A DNA stretch of 32,000 nucleotides from Bdellovibrio sp. (GTDB taxonomy: Bacteria; Bdellovibrionota; Bacteriovoracia; Bacteriovoracales; Bacteriovoracaceae): contig JACPIU010000005.1 in assembly GCA_016187935.1 (NCBI GenBank), positions 11,028-43,027 on the forward strand, given 5' to 3'. Under the pieces are notes generated by a model, which was not told the DNA's origin, searched no databases, and was given only the letters and a program-made list of their open reading frames with translations. Shown here piece after piece: positions 8,464 to 17,984 of this stretch. Each line of letters opens with the position of its first letter. Position 1 is the stretch's first letter. The position numbers were made by a program, and so were the translations under genes.

Positions 8464-9837
8464 TCAACACCCTCCTAGATCTTCTATCTTTTTTAATTTG
8501 TACTGTAAGCTCCCTCGTGTGATCTGCAATCGTTTGGCCGCCTTGATTTGATTGTGCGATTCTTGCTTCATAATGTCTTTAATGATGCGAAATTCGATTT
8601 CTTCCAGAAACTGATTCAGCCCTTTACCCTCGGTTAGAATTTGAGATTGAGTTGTTGAAGAGGTAAGAGCTGGTGCGGGGGAATTTTTTGATACTTCCAA
8701 TGGCAGAAGAGTAGCGCTGACTTCTTTATTAGCTTCGCCCAGCACGATCAGCCTCTCCAAAATATTTTTCAGTTCACGAATGTTGCCAGGATAATCATAG
8801 GCCATGAGTTTGCTCTCAACTTGCGCATTCATTTTAGGATGGCGTTTAAGTTCCTGACACAAATCTTTCCAAAAAAATTCGATGAGAGCTTTCAGATCTT
8901 CTGTTCTTGCCGACAGCGGAAGAAGAGTGAAAGATAAAACATTGAGCCGAAAAAACAAATCTTCGCGGAAGGAGCCTAACTTGGACAATGAGAGAAGGTC
9001 CCGATGTGTGGCCGCAATAACTCTGGCAGTGGTATGAATACTCTTTTGTCCACCGACTCTATAAAATTCTTTTTCTTGCAAAACTCGAAGAAGTTTTGCC
9101 TGTAGCTCATAGGAGAGTTCTCCAATTTCATCCAGGAAGATCGTTCCACCTTCCGCCAGTTCGAATTTACCCTGCCTAGAATCTACCGCACCCGTAAAGG
9201 CCCCCTTTTCATGACCGAACAACTCAGAATCCATGAGTTCTTTACCAAGGGTGGCGCAATTAATCGCCACAAAAGGACCGAAGGCCCGTTTAGAAGATTC
9301 ATGAATAGATCTTGCCAGGACTTCTTTCCCCGTTCCGGTTTGGCCCAAAATGAGAATGGAGGATGGCACGTCCGCAACTTTTGCCGCAAATTCTTTAGCC
9401 GCTTTCATATTTTCACTTTGACCAAGTAAACGTGAGAGGCCCTTGCATTTTTGCTGACGTAACGAAATCTGGCGGCCCTGGGCCCTAAGTTCTTCAATGC
9501 GTTTTAGGCGGTGATCGAATTCGGTTAAGTTGAGCGGCTTGAGAATATAGTCAGAAGCCCCATTTTGAAGCGCAGACACGGCATCTTGAATGGAGGCATA
9601 GGCGGTCATAAGAATAAACGATGTTTCAGGCGAGAAGGTCTTGGCTTTCTTGATTAAATCGATTCCTAACATGCCCGGCATTTGTTGATCGGTGATCACC
9701 AAATCGATAGCGTGTTTTTCCAAGAAGGCAATACCAGCAATGGGATCATTGAATACTGTTACTTCATGCGAATCTTCCACTGCAGATTTTAGGGTTGTTC
9801 CCATGGTTGGGTCGTCATCAATAATGACTAATCGCAT
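8464..9837 (-). CDS. Sigma-54-dependent response regulator (NtrC family: REC + AAA+ + Fis-type HTH)
   Basis: REC domain with ITDQQMPGM. Walker A GQTGTGKE. The sigma-54 contact loop GAFTGA is present (EKGAFTGAV). C-terminal HTH AAKRLQITRGSLQYKLKK. Confidence 0.93.
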   Translation of the reverse strand: MRLVIIDDDPTMGTTLKSAVEDSHEVTVFNDPIAGIAFLEKHAIDLVITDQQMPGMLGIDLIKKAKTFSPETSFILMTAYASIQDAVSALQNGASDYILKPLNLTEFDHRLKRIEELRAQGRQISLRQQKCKGLSRLLGQSENMKAAKEFAAKVADVPSSILILGQTGTGKEVLARSIHESSKRAFGPFVAINCATLGKELMDSELFGHEKGAFTGAVDSRQGKFELAEGGTIFLDEIGELSYELQAKLLRVLQEKEFYRVGGQKSIHTTARVIAATHRDLLSLSKLGSFREDLFFRLNVLSFTLLPLSARTEDLKALIEFFWKDLCQELKRHPKMNAQVESKLMAYDYPGNIRELKNILERLIVLGEANKEVSATLLPLEVSKNSPAPALTSSTTQSQILTEGKGLNQFLEEIEFRIIKDIMKQESHNQIKAAKRLQITRGSLQYKLKKIEDLGGC

Positions 9838-9889
9838 TTTACTCTCGCTTAGGTTGGATATTCTTTCGATCTATTTTACACTACTTTCT

Positions 9890-10822
9890 ATGAGAAAAAT
9901 GCGCTTGTTTCTTATTTTGATTGCCGTGGGGATTTTATCAGGAATTTATTTTCTCACCCAATCTAAAAAAGACCCCGAGAATGAGGTTGCGCAGAAGCAA
10001 GACCTCTCTGCCGATGTTGCCGTTTTAAGTGCAAAAAATAATGAAGTTCAATACAAGAGAAATAATTCGTTTGAATGGCCTGATGCCATTATAGGGTTGG
10101 CACTGTCCAACTATGATTCCCTCAGAACTGGGAAAGATTCCAGTGCCTTGGTTACTTTTGACGATTCAAGTAAACTAAATATGGCAGAGGATACTCTGGT
10201 TGTGATTTTAGATCGGAAAAGGCGCGAGCGAGGTGCTCCCGATCAAATTCTTTCACTTCCAAACGGCCAGATTCATGTGGAATCGCGTGGAGATGAACGT
10301 TCCATATATTTTGAGGTAAGAACGCCAGCAGGTTGGGTAAGGCCCAAACATGGTGGGGGAGGTCTCTCCAAGGTAAAGATTCGAGGGCAGAAGCAGTTGT
10401 TGGTGGTGACCTTATTATCGGGTACGGCTGAAGTGGCCACCAAAGGTAAGACGACGGAAATGAATTCGGGAGAAACAAAGACCTTCATCGCACCAAAAGA
10501 AGTCAAATTTGAAGAGGAACTCCCCATGGGTGAGATGCAAGAAGAAAATCCCCCGATTTCGGCCATGAAGGTGAAGCCAGAGTTTGTACTGGAGTCGCCT
10601 TCTGGCGAAGAACTATCAACGGTTGATAATAGATTATTATTTAAGGGATATATGCGAGGAGATATTAAAGTCTTCTTAAATGGAAAGAAAATTATTGCAA
10701 CAGGTGATGGATCATTTAGATTCTATTACGATCTCGAAGTCGGCAAAAATATTTTGGGACTACAAATTGAAAGTGGCAACAATCTTGAGCATCGCATGCT
10801 TAAGGTATGGCGCAAACAATGA
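9890..10822 (+). CDS. Membrane-anchored FecR-domain protein
   Basis: Starts at MRKMRLFLILIAVGILSGIYF (ATG 9890); the tracked extension from 9692 lies antisense inside the regulator gene. FecR-like segment WPDAIIGLALSNYDSLRTGKDSSALVTFDDSSKLNMAEDTLVVI. Confidence 0.7.
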   Translation: MRKMRLFLILIAVGILSGIYFLTQSKKDPENEVAQKQDLSADVAVLSAKNNEVQYKRNNSFEWPDAIIGLALSNYDSLRTGKDSSALVTFDDSSKLNMAEDTLVVILDRKRRERGAPDQILSLPNGQIHVESRGDERSIYFEVRTPAGWVRPKHGGGGLSKVKIRGQKQLLVVTLLSGTAEVATKGKTTEMNSGETKTFIAPKEVKFEEELPMGEMQEENPPISAMKVKPEFVLESPSGEELSTVDNRLLFKGYMRGDIKVFLNGKKIIATGDGSFRFYYDLEVGKNILGLQIESGNNLEHRMLKVWRKQ

Positions 10823-12255
10823 AAGCCAAGCTTAGAAATCAATTCATCCTGTTGGTTGCTCTCGTCGTCAGCATCACGTTTCTTGGTACATCCTATATTG
10901 GTCTTCGCAATTTTGTAAAAAAAGAGCGCAATGATTTTCTTCTTGATGCCTCGACGTTGTCCTCTTCCACCGCCAGGGCACTCAGTGTTGGGTTGCGGGC
11001 GCAATCTTCTCTAGCTTCTTTGAAAGATATTTTGTCCATGGGGCCCTATCGTATTTTTGTTTTCAATACGGAAGGCGAGGTTTTGATTGCTAATCCACTC
11101 GGGGAATCTACTCCGGCACAGGATTTCCTGGCCACAGTGAAATCTTTAGATTTGGCAAATTTGAGCAAATTGCAGATTGCCATGACAAAAGAAATTTCCA
11201 TCCAGGGGCAGCCAAATTTTGTGGGTGTGGCTCCAGTTCCGGGCGATGCCAATCTCTATGTGGCAGTCTTTTTTCCCAAATCCACACTCTGGCTAGTGAC
11301 AAGACCAATCTTTTCAAAATTGTTGTGGCTTGGGTTAGCTCTTGCCCTCTTAACCACACTAATCGCGACGTTGTTCACGAAGAGGATTTCGCGTCCGCTT
11401 GAAAATCTTACGCGCATAACAGAGAAAATGGCCGAAGGTGAATTTGAAATAAAAATGGCGAGTGATTCACAAGATGAGGTCGGTCGACTTTCTCGTTCGT
11501 TTACTCTCATGGGCCATAAACTCAAAGAACGTGAAAATCGAATTAAAAGTATGGCCCAAGATTTGGCCCTCTCAGAAAAATTGGCCATTTTAGGTCAGTT
11601 CTCCGCCGGGGTGGCGCATGAAATAAAAAATCCGCTGGGAAATATTCTTGCCAATATTCAATTAGCGGAAAGAAAGATTGAAAAAGGTCAGGAAGGGGCG
11701 ACAACGCTTAAAACCGCAATTAATGAGGTTTATCGTGCCAATCAGATTTTGGCCGACATTCTCACTTTCGCTCGCCAAGATCGGCCTTCCATAGCGAAAA
11801 TTGAGCTAGATAAATTTCTGCACACCTTTTATGAAACTCAGAAAGTTAGACTGGAAGCACAGAATATTATGCTCTCATTGGATATTTCTAATCCAAATAT
11901 GATTGCGAGTTTTGACCCAAGACTGATCACTGAAGTTTTGGGCAATCTTCTTGATAATGCTCGAGATGCCCTGCTTGATCATCCTAAAGGAAACATGCAG
12001 ATTGTTCTTGGTATGGCGGTTGAGAATAGCACGCTCAAAATTTTTGTTAAGGATAATGGACCGGGAATTCCTGAGGAAATTAGACGCAAAGTCTTTGATC
12101 CGTTTTTTACAACTAAGCCTGGTAAGAAAGGAACAGGACTTGGTTTGGCCACCGCCTATTCAATTTTGGCCATGCATGATGGGTCACTTTCTGTTGAGTC
12201 GTCATCCTCTGATGGTGCTAATTTTATACTTAAGATTCCACAAGAAAAAAAATAA
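10807..12255 (+). CDS. Sensor histidine kinase (2 TM, periplasmic domain, HAMP, HisKA, HATPase_c)
   Basis: H-box [13 protein letters not shown]-box [10 protein letters not shown]1 DNGPGI, G2 GTGLGL, and a HAMP region after TM2. Overlaps the FecR-like gene end; an alternative ATG at 10819 forms an ATGA overlap. Confidence 0.9.
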   Translation: MAQTMKAKLRNQFILLVALVVSITFLGTSYIGLRNFVKKERNDFLLDASTLSSSTARALSVGLRAQSSLASLKDILSMGPYRIFVFNTEGEVLIANPLGESTPAQDFLATVKSLDLANLSKLQIAMTKEISIQGQPNFVGVAPVPGDANLYVAVFFPKSTLWLVTRPIFSKLLWLGLALALLTTLIATLFTKRISRPLENLTRITEKMAEGEFEIKMASDSQDEVGRLSRSFTLMGHKLKERENRIKSMAQDLALSEKLAILGQFSAGVAHEIKNPLGNILANIQLAERKIEKGQEGATTLKTAINEVYRANQILADILTFARQDRPSIAKIELDKFLHTFYETQKVRLEAQNIMLSLDISNPNMIASFDPRLITEVLGNLLDNARDALLDHPKGNMQIVLGMAVENSTLKIFVKDNGPGIPEEIRRKVFDPFFTTKPGKKGTGLGLATAYSILAMHDGSLSVESSSSDGANFILKIPQEKK

Positions 12256-12296
12256 AAGAAGTGGCCTTTTGATATGGCCACTTCTTTTATTTTTTT
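12254..12296. terminator. Bidirectional rho-independent terminator between convergent genes
   Basis: 13-bp perfect stem AAAAGAAGTGGCC (12254-12266) / GGCCACTTCTTTT (12276-12288), then a T-run on the plus strand. An A-run upstream gives a U-tract for the minus-strand transcript. Confidence 0.85.
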
Positions 12297-12301
12297 AGCA
12301 C

Positions 12302-12952
12302 TTACTTTGTGCCGAAGCTGAAGGTTGGGGCATTCATTTCGCAGATAGGGTTCTGCCCACCTCGGGGAGTTGTATCTTCGATTTGACCGCGTCCGTCCAC
12401 GATAAATTTAGCAATCGTGCCATTGCTCACAATTAAGGGAGCGAGGAGCTTCAGACCACGAGCACGATTTTCTGCCGTCGGTGGGACAAAGGCCGGTTCA
12501 TTACCTCCGCCGGAGGTAGAACCAGTTGAGAGATAAACGGCAACTTTTTGCTCATTATCATTACAAGCGAATTGTGTTCCATCAATCAAAACACCGTTTT
12601 CTTGCCAGTCTGCGCGGCAGATTTGACCACTGTGCTGCTCTCCTGCTACACACAGTCCTGAATCACTATTCGTTGTCGAAGCATAACGGATAATATCCGA
12701 GAATTCGATCACTACGCAGGGATATGTTCCGACGTCTATGCTGCCACTGCCGAGTGAAGGATTGTTTAGAAAATCTTCGTAAACAGGATTGTTAGTTTCA
12801 AAAACTGTAATCAAGTCTGTGCAAAATTCGCTTTTAGAAATAGCAAATTTATACACTTTAAGTTCAAGATAAGCAGGATCAAGAGCGAGGTCAGCGGCAA
12901 AGCCAGTTGACATAATTCCTAGAGACAGAAGCGCCAATAATTTTGTTTTCAT
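12302..12952 (-). CDS. Secreted Cys-containing hypothetical protein
   Basis: Signal peptide MKTKLLALLSLGIMSTGFA and several Cys residues. GGAGA Shine-Dalgarno 5 nt upstream. Lies 31 nt downstream of the small lipoprotein ORF on the same strand. Confidence 0.75.
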   Translation of the reverse strand: MKTKLLALLSLGIMSTGFAADLALDPAYLELKVYKFAISKSEFCTDLITVFETNNPVYEDFLNNPSLGSGSIDVGTYPCVVIEFSDIIRYASTTNSDSGLCVAGEQHSGQICRADWQENGVLIDGTQFACNDNEQKVAVYLSTGSTSGGGNEPAFVPPTAENRARGLKLLAPLIVSNGTIAKFIVDGRGQIEDTTPRGGQNPICEMNAPTFSFGTK

Positions 12953-12983
12953 AAAATTCTCCTTTTTGTTAAAATTTTTCTAA

Positions 12984-13121
12984 TTACTGTCCAGCGCCCT
13001 CAAGTTCTAAAACAACTTTTTCCGGAGCTGCCGGTGCCGCTGATCCCGTAGAATCGCTTTGGCATGCCATAAAAGAAGCAAGTAAAGTTACGAGCAAAAG
13101 ACATTTCAAAACTGTTTTCAT
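12984..13121 (-). CDS. 45-aa putative lipoprotein (absent from the ORF track, which has a 60-aa cutoff)
   Basis: My translation of the minus strand gives MKTVLKCLLLVTLLASFMACQSDSTGSAAPAAPEKVVLELEGAGQ*. It has a signal peptide with a lipobox-like FMAC, AAGGGGG Shine-Dalgarno 5 nt upstream, and a sigma-54 promoter about 46 nt upstream. Confidence 0.6.
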   Translation of the reverse strand: MKTVLKCLLLVTLLASFMACQSDSTGSAAPAAPEKVVLELEGAGQ

Positions 13122-13165
13122 ATTTCCCCCTTGTTTGTAGTTTTGCTCTTGTTGTTAGGTAAATA

Positions 13166-13181
13166 AGCAAGATGGGTGCCA
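13166..13181 (-). promoter_or_regulatory. Sigma-54 (-24/-12) promoter
   Basis: The minus strand reads TGGCAC-CCATC-TTGCT, matching the consensus TGGCAC-N5-TTGCW in sequence and spacing. It points at the lipoprotein/secreted-protein pair, and an NtrC-family activator is encoded 3.3 kb away. Confidence 0.75.
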
Positions 13182-13289
13182 TCTCGATACAATCGTCATG
13201 GGCTCGACAACACTTTGGATTTAAAAGATAATGCAGTTATAGTTAGGTGCTTAACTTTAGGTCTTTGCTTAAAATTAGGCGGGGGTTCT

Positions 13290-14777
13290 TTGAAAATTCA
13301 TTATTTGGCATTGTGGTCTTTTCTGCAAGTGCTTGGCACCGCATGGGGAGGAGAATTTTTCCATTTTTTTGGGCCCACTAAAAACTTATCCTTTCTGCAC
13401 ATTCACGCTAGTCCTGTAACTATTCGGGTACAATTGACCGGTGCTTTGTCGCCTCTTAATTTTTTTATTAATGGTGAAGATAAAACAGAGTTACTAAAAA
13501 CTTTACCATGTGATGGCAAAGAACCAGGATTCTATGTCAATCAAAAGCATTATTTGTTGGTGGGGGCCCATCTCCGTTTCTATGCCGAGCTGATAGAAAG
13601 CGGAGTCACACAGTTAGAGATTGAACTAATTGGGCGGACAAAATGTTTTCGCACTTCTCTGCCGCTTTCCAATAATATTTTTCAACAAAAAGTTGATGAG
13701 AAGTACGAAATAGAAGATGAGCAATATAAAAGTCCTTATCCTTTTATTTTGACTGGGGCACTTAAAGAAAATGAAATCGTTGAAATGAATCCTGGGACAC
13801 TTACCCGAAGTGAAGGACGTGCATCTTTTGAGACGCTGCTCAATGAAGGAGAAAATCACTTTTCAGGAATTTCAAAAAATAGGGAAGGGGCCGAGGAAAT
13901 TTTGAGTTATAAATTGACACTGGAGCGTGAGAGTTTTTCATCAGATCGTCCAACCTTGAGTCTCAAAAAAAATGGTATCGACTGGTCTTCAGAGATCGTT
14001 GTTCTGTCGCAAGAGATTGAGAATATTGAAGGATATATGACGCCAGGATGGAAGCTTAAAATCAATCAGCAATTAGTGGAAAGTAATATTGAAGGTTACT
14101 TCCAATATTTTTTGGAATGGGGCCAGGCGCAACAGACCTTGCAGTTCGAACTGATTGAACCAAGCGGCCGAATTTTTCACAAAACAAAAAAGTTGCAATT
14201 TGTTGACTGGACGCCTACCTCCCCTTGGTACAATCCAGGCCATTTAAAGGATCGATCTTTGGTTGTTGGTCTGTCTTTTGGCCATTTCTTTCTCTCGCAA
14301 GATTCCTTCACCCAGGCGATCGTGCATAAAATTCAAGATTTTGCTCCCACTTTGTCGATTGTGTATAAATACAATAGAGCAAATTTTTATGCATTTAAAG
14401 CGCGCCATCTAGAGCGGCGCCGTGTTGAGAAGGGAAACAGATCATTTCAAACGTGGAGTCAATATCAATTGACTCTTTTGAAACTTTGGGAATTGCCGGC
14501 AGACTTGGAATTGGGAACAGGTGTTTCCTATAGGGGAGGAGGGAGCCAAGCGACGGAATATCACCACGGAACTTCAGCTGGGGATCAATCTTGGGAGGAC
14601 GATACTTCACCGACTAATGGATTCGATCTGTCTCTACTTTTGGATCGCCGCTTTCGGGCCTATCGTGACTGGTTTGTGGCCACCTCTCTCGGGCTGCATG
14701 TATCGACAGGTATTCCAGAGAAGCACGATAACGGTTTTTTTGAAATTATTTTTATTAGATTTGAGCGATTATTCTAA
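13290..14777 (+). CDS. Hypothetical outer-membrane-like protein
   Basis: Preferred TTG start at 13290 (GGGGG Shine-Dalgarno, then the signal-like KIHYLALWSFLQVLGTAWG). The C-terminus ends in an aromatic residue (...FIRFERLF), as in beta-barrel OMPs. The tracked start 13176 would overlap the sigma-54 promoter. Confidence 0.55.
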   Translation: MKIHYLALWSFLQVLGTAWGGEFFHFFGPTKNLSFLHIHASPVTIRVQLTGALSPLNFFINGEDKTELLKTLPCDGKEPGFYVNQKHYLLVGAHLRFYAELIESGVTQLEIELIGRTKCFRTSLPLSNNIFQQKVDEKYEIEDEQYKSPYPFILTGALKENEIVEMNPGTLTRSEGRASFETLLNEGENHFSGISKNREGAEEILSYKLTLERESFSSDRPTLSLKKNGIDWSSEIVVLSQEIENIEGYMTPGWKLKINQQLVESNIEGYFQYFLEWGQAQQTLQFELIEPSGRIFHKTKKLQFVDWTPTSPWYNPGHLKDRSLVVGLSFGHFFLSQDSFTQAIVHKIQDFAPTLSIVYKYNRANFYAFKARHLERRRVEKGNRSFQTWSQYQLTLLKLWELPADLELGTGVSYRGGGSQATEYHHGTSAGDQSWEDDTSPTNGFDLSLLLDRRFRAYRDWFVATSLGLHVSTGIPEKHDNGFFEIIFIRFERLF

Positions 14778-14925
14778 TTTGTAAAAGGACGAATTGAGCA
14801 CACATCTTTTCCTAAAAATGGCAATATACGGCTAATTTTACTTGAATAAATAATCGATAAGTATTCATGTGTTTGCAAATGCTAACCTTGGAATAGAAAT
14901 TGCTGTCAACACAATCATTGAAAAT

Positions 14926-15456
14926 TTAGTTTTTCTCATTTTTAAACCATGACTTAAAAATGTTTACAACCATCCTATCTTTTTGTTCAGAAAAAATTTC
15001 AACTAAAGTACGATTCTTTTTTAGAGCACAGTAAATAATAAGCATAACACATAAAAAAGTTACGACCAGATTTTGCCAACTATCAAGCTCCCATCGAAAT
15101 TGGAAGGGAAGTTCATATATTTTTTTTAAATAGGGCCAAAAGTAGGGAATTCCCCATCCTTCTCCACTTCCAAATAAATCTCCGAGCAAATGTGAATGAA
15201 AGGCCAAAAGTGTGAATGACAATGTCTTTTTTTTATCCTCGCAAATCAAGCTCAAAATAATTGACGTTGAAAGGCCAAAAAAAAGATTGTGCCCTACTGT
15301 GTGGTGGTATCTTGCATAATAATCTGTTCCAAAAATTGCACCAATCCCATCAATATCAGGCAATATTGCAGAAACTGTCACAATGAGCCTGCTTTTTCTT
15401 GTTCCGAGAGGTTGAGCGATCAGCCATCCGATCATTCCGTGTGTTATTGGAAACAA
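14926..15456 (-). CDS. Membrane-bound metal-dependent hydrolase, YdjM/DUF457 family
   Basis: Family motifs seen: ILPDIDG, HHTVGHNLFFG, SHLLGDLF and GIPYFWP. Confidence 0.75.
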   Translation of the reverse strand: MFPITHGMIGWLIAQPLGTRKSRLIVTVSAILPDIDGIGAIFGTDYYARYHHTVGHNLFFGLSTSIILSLICEDKKKTLSFTLLAFHSHLLGDLFGSGEGWGIPYFWPYLKKIYELPFQFRWELDSWQNLVVTFLCVMLIIYCALKKNRTLVEIFSEQKDRMVVNIFKSWFKNEKN

Positions 15457-15698
15457 AATGCCATTCCTTGAAAAGTAACATTAAGAGTTTAAGTTTTTCT
15501 AGAGAAAATCTCGAAAAATTACAAAGTCTCGCGTTCATTCTAGCATGAATCAATCTTAGCGAGTGTAATTTTTCGACATATAATCCCGCGATTTTTCGCA
15601 AAAGAACTGTCCTGCGGGACACTTTTTTTCAGGAGTCCTGGGAACTCTTTCTAGGACGTTCTAGAATTTTTGGGTTCTCGGCAGTATCTTTTTAAATT

Positions 15699-15908
15699 TT
15701 AACAAGAAGGGTTAGAAGAGTAGCAAAAATAAAAAAGCTGATCATGTGTTGGTATAATTTTTCTGAGGTGAAAGAGGAGGGCATCTTGATACTCAAAACC
15801 GAGAATTAAAAAAAGAGGTGTACCAAAAAGCAAAAGCCCTACCCCAAACAAGGACTGAATTACTGAGAGTCCGAGGATTAATAAATAGGGAATGAGTTCG
15901 TAAAGCAT
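15699..15908 (-). pseudogene. Possible N-terminal remnant of a TauE/SafE (TSUP) family permease
   Basis: MLYELIPYLLILGLSVIQSLFGVGLLLFGTPLFLILGF resembles the first TSUP helix-loop-helix. The ORF degenerates after about 55 aa, and I saw no continuation in the one downstream minus-strand ORF I read. Confidence 0.3.
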
Positions 15909-16109
15909 GGCCAACACTTTAGATTCACAATCAAGTGTCAATTGTTAAGATAACGCAATGCTTCTTTAGCGTTCTAGAGGCCTATTAAAACCGTCATCCA
16001 TGGCCCATGATCTTTTCCAACAGAGTAGAAGGAAATGATCATATTCTGCCTCGTTTAATAGAGGTTCTGTGAGGGGTAAAATAAGAAATCTGACAATTAC
16101 GGTAAAAAA

Positions 16110-17984
16110 ATGGAAAGAGGATTATTGCCTTTGAATTTGATGATGGGTGGAATGCGCTTGCTGCTTTCATTGAGCTTTTTCTTCTCAACGGTCTGGGGAT
16201 CTGTCGACTTCACCTTCGTCCCGGTGGCAACCAGCGTGGAGCAGTCTAAGGCCCTTTTTAACCAGAGAGGTGAGCAGGTGCTCAAGTACTGGCTGCAAAG
16301 AGAGCAAGGTGAGTTTTCTAAAAAAACCATCGGATTTGGAGTTCCCGCCCTTGCTCGTATCATTGCGGGAGAGGACACCATTTCTCTAAATCATCTGATT
16401 CTTAATCCCGCTACCACACCCTATGCTAAATATGGAAGTAGTCTCTCGATTCTGGGAGGTCTGTGCCAAAGAAATGGCGACTATGATTTTATGTTGCAAC
16501 ATCTGATTCGGCTCGCCTACGTCAAGAAAGATTCAGATGTTCTCTGGCCACAAACCCGGCATAAGATCACCCATCAACTTTTAACAGCCAAGGGCAATGA
16601 CCACTACAGGACCTTTCGATTGGGAATTTGTGGAGTCCATGAGGATTCGGAAAATCATATTCTCATGACTGAAACATCACGCTATCTCACTAATCAGTTA
16701 ATTCTCGATGATGGCGGCGAAGATGCGAGTCGCAATCAATACGATAATGCCCTCAATGGTTTTAACCATTGGATGTTGAATCATCTCCAAGGTTTTTTTG
16801 TTGATTTTTTCGATGAATACAACTCAAGACCTTATCAGGGCTATACGGTGCTCTCCCTAAATAACCTTCATTCCTTCGCCAGAGACCCAAAAGTGCGACT
16901 AAAGGCCGAGATGCTACTGGATCTCCTAAGTGGGATTTTTGCCGTCCAAAGCAATGGTCTGCGCCGTTCAATACCCTTTCGAAGACAACCTCTCTACCAA
17001 CCGGTACCACAAACCTATGCGGCCGATGGTGAGACGGCCCGATTCGCCATGCTGGCCGGCAATTACACCTATATGCAAAAACTGGAGAAACCGTTTATCG
17101 CTCCCTATGGAAGCCATTTCATGCTCAGTGCTCTGGTCAGCGACTATAGAATTCCCGACTTGATGCTGGATTTGATGATTGAAAAACAGCACAATCCTTA
17201 TTTTCAAAAAATCCGGCACCAAAATGTGGAAATTTTCTCCTCTTCAAAGAACGGATTGCTGTCTGCAGGAGGGCTGTATCGTAACCGCTTTGATGTGGGA
17301 ACAAAATTGAGCGATGGATGGGCCCGCCCAACCGTTCTCATTGCCACAAGGGATGGTTATTCAGACTTCAGAGATTGGATTCACTTCAAAGGACACAAGA
17401 AACGCTTGAAGAGAAAGAACACCTGCGTGGCACCTGGCTTTGCCTGCGGGCTTGGGCCGGTCATTCCCAGCACCATACCTTCGGAGTGTACTCACAAAAC
17501 TGGGCATTGGACTTTTTTGAATCTCAACGCCCCCGCATGTTCGATGGTTGACTACGGACTGCATGTGGCCCTCTATAAAAAGGACTGTGAAAGTCTTGCA
17601 TGTAAAAAGGCCGCCCAATCCTTCGGTTTTCTTGAAGTGCGAGAGGCCTCCGAACTCCCCTTTGAACTTTTCATGGCAAAGATTTTAAATAGCAATCAGG
17701 GCCGGAAATTTTTCTCTCGCGGCGAAAACATTTTCACCACAAGTCGCGGAACCAACATAAGATTTGAGATCGCTCCCGCCAAAGAGAACCTCTGGGAGAT
17801 CATTGCCATTAACGGGAAAATGCAGGAAAGGAATTTTGAGAAATGGCCTCTTTTTCAAGGGGATATTTTGAATTCGCCGAAGAAGGGTTTGATTACAATC
17901 GACAACCCGTTCCTTAAGCAGAGAATGATTCTCGATACAACTGTTCCACTTCAACCAAGAAAGAAACTAGTGGAGTTGCAATGA
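16110..17984 (+). CDS. Secreted hypothetical protein (about 620 aa), translationally coupled to the GH88/GH105 hydrolase
   Basis: Signal peptide MMGGMRLLLSLSFFFSTVWG; the true start may be 16140 or 16152. ATGA overlap with the next gene. No family recognised by eye. Confidence 0.7.
   Translation: MERGLLPLNLMMGGMRLLLSLSFFFSTVWGSVDFTFVPVATSVEQSKALFNQRGEQVLKYWLQREQGEFSKKTIGFGVPALARIIAGEDTISLNHLILNPATTPYAKYGSSLSILGGLCQRNGDYDFMLQHLIRLAYVKKDSDVLWPQTRHKITHQLLTAKGNDHYRTFRLGICGVHEDSENHILMTETSRYLTNQLILDDGGEDASRNQYDNALNGFNHWMLNHLQGFFVDFFDEYNSRPYQGYTVLSLNNLHSFARDPKVRLKAEMLLDLLSGIFAVQSNGLRRSIPFRRQPLYQPVPQTYAADGETARFAMLAGNYTYMQKLEKPFIAPYGSHFMLSALVSDYRIPDLMLDLMIEKQHNPYFQKIRHQNVEIFSSSKNGLLSAGGLYRNRFDVGTKLSDGWARPTVLIATRDGYSDFRDWIHFKGHKKRLKRKNTCVAPGFACGLGPVIPSTIPSECTHKTGHWTFLNLNAPACSMVDYGLHVALYKKDCESLACKKAAQSFGFLEVREASELPFELFMAKILNSNQGRKFFSRGENIFTTSRGTNIRFEIAPAKENLWEIIAINGKMQERNFEKWPLFQGDILNSPKKGLITIDNPFLKQRMILDTTVPLQPRKKLVELQ

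Noticed and set aside
9692-9889. N-terminal 66-codon extension of the tracked ORF 9692..10822
   Set aside because: It runs antisense through the 5' end of the NtrC-family gene and lacks protein-like features. The signal-anchor start MRKMRLF at 9890 is the sensible start.
13000-13182. Tracked 60-aa minus-strand ORF
   Set aside because: It has no Shine-Dalgarno and no recognisable features, and it would begin inside the sigma-54 promoter. The overlapping 45-aa lipoprotein frame explains this DNA better.
13176-13289. N-terminal extension of ORF 13176..14777
   Set aside because: It overlaps the opposite-strand sigma-54 promoter. A TTG with a GGGGG Shine-Dalgarno and a signal-like peptide occurs at 13290.
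15457-15560. A LexA box upstream of the YdjM-like gene (ydjM is SOS-regulated in E. coli)
   Set aside because: I found no TTAC-N3-GTAA or CTGT-N8-ACAG type palindrome in the upstream region.
17428-17443. Sigma-54-like TGGCAC-CTGGC-TTTGC
   Set aside because: The -12 element is shifted by one base, and the site lies deep inside the 624-aa coding region with no downstream start.
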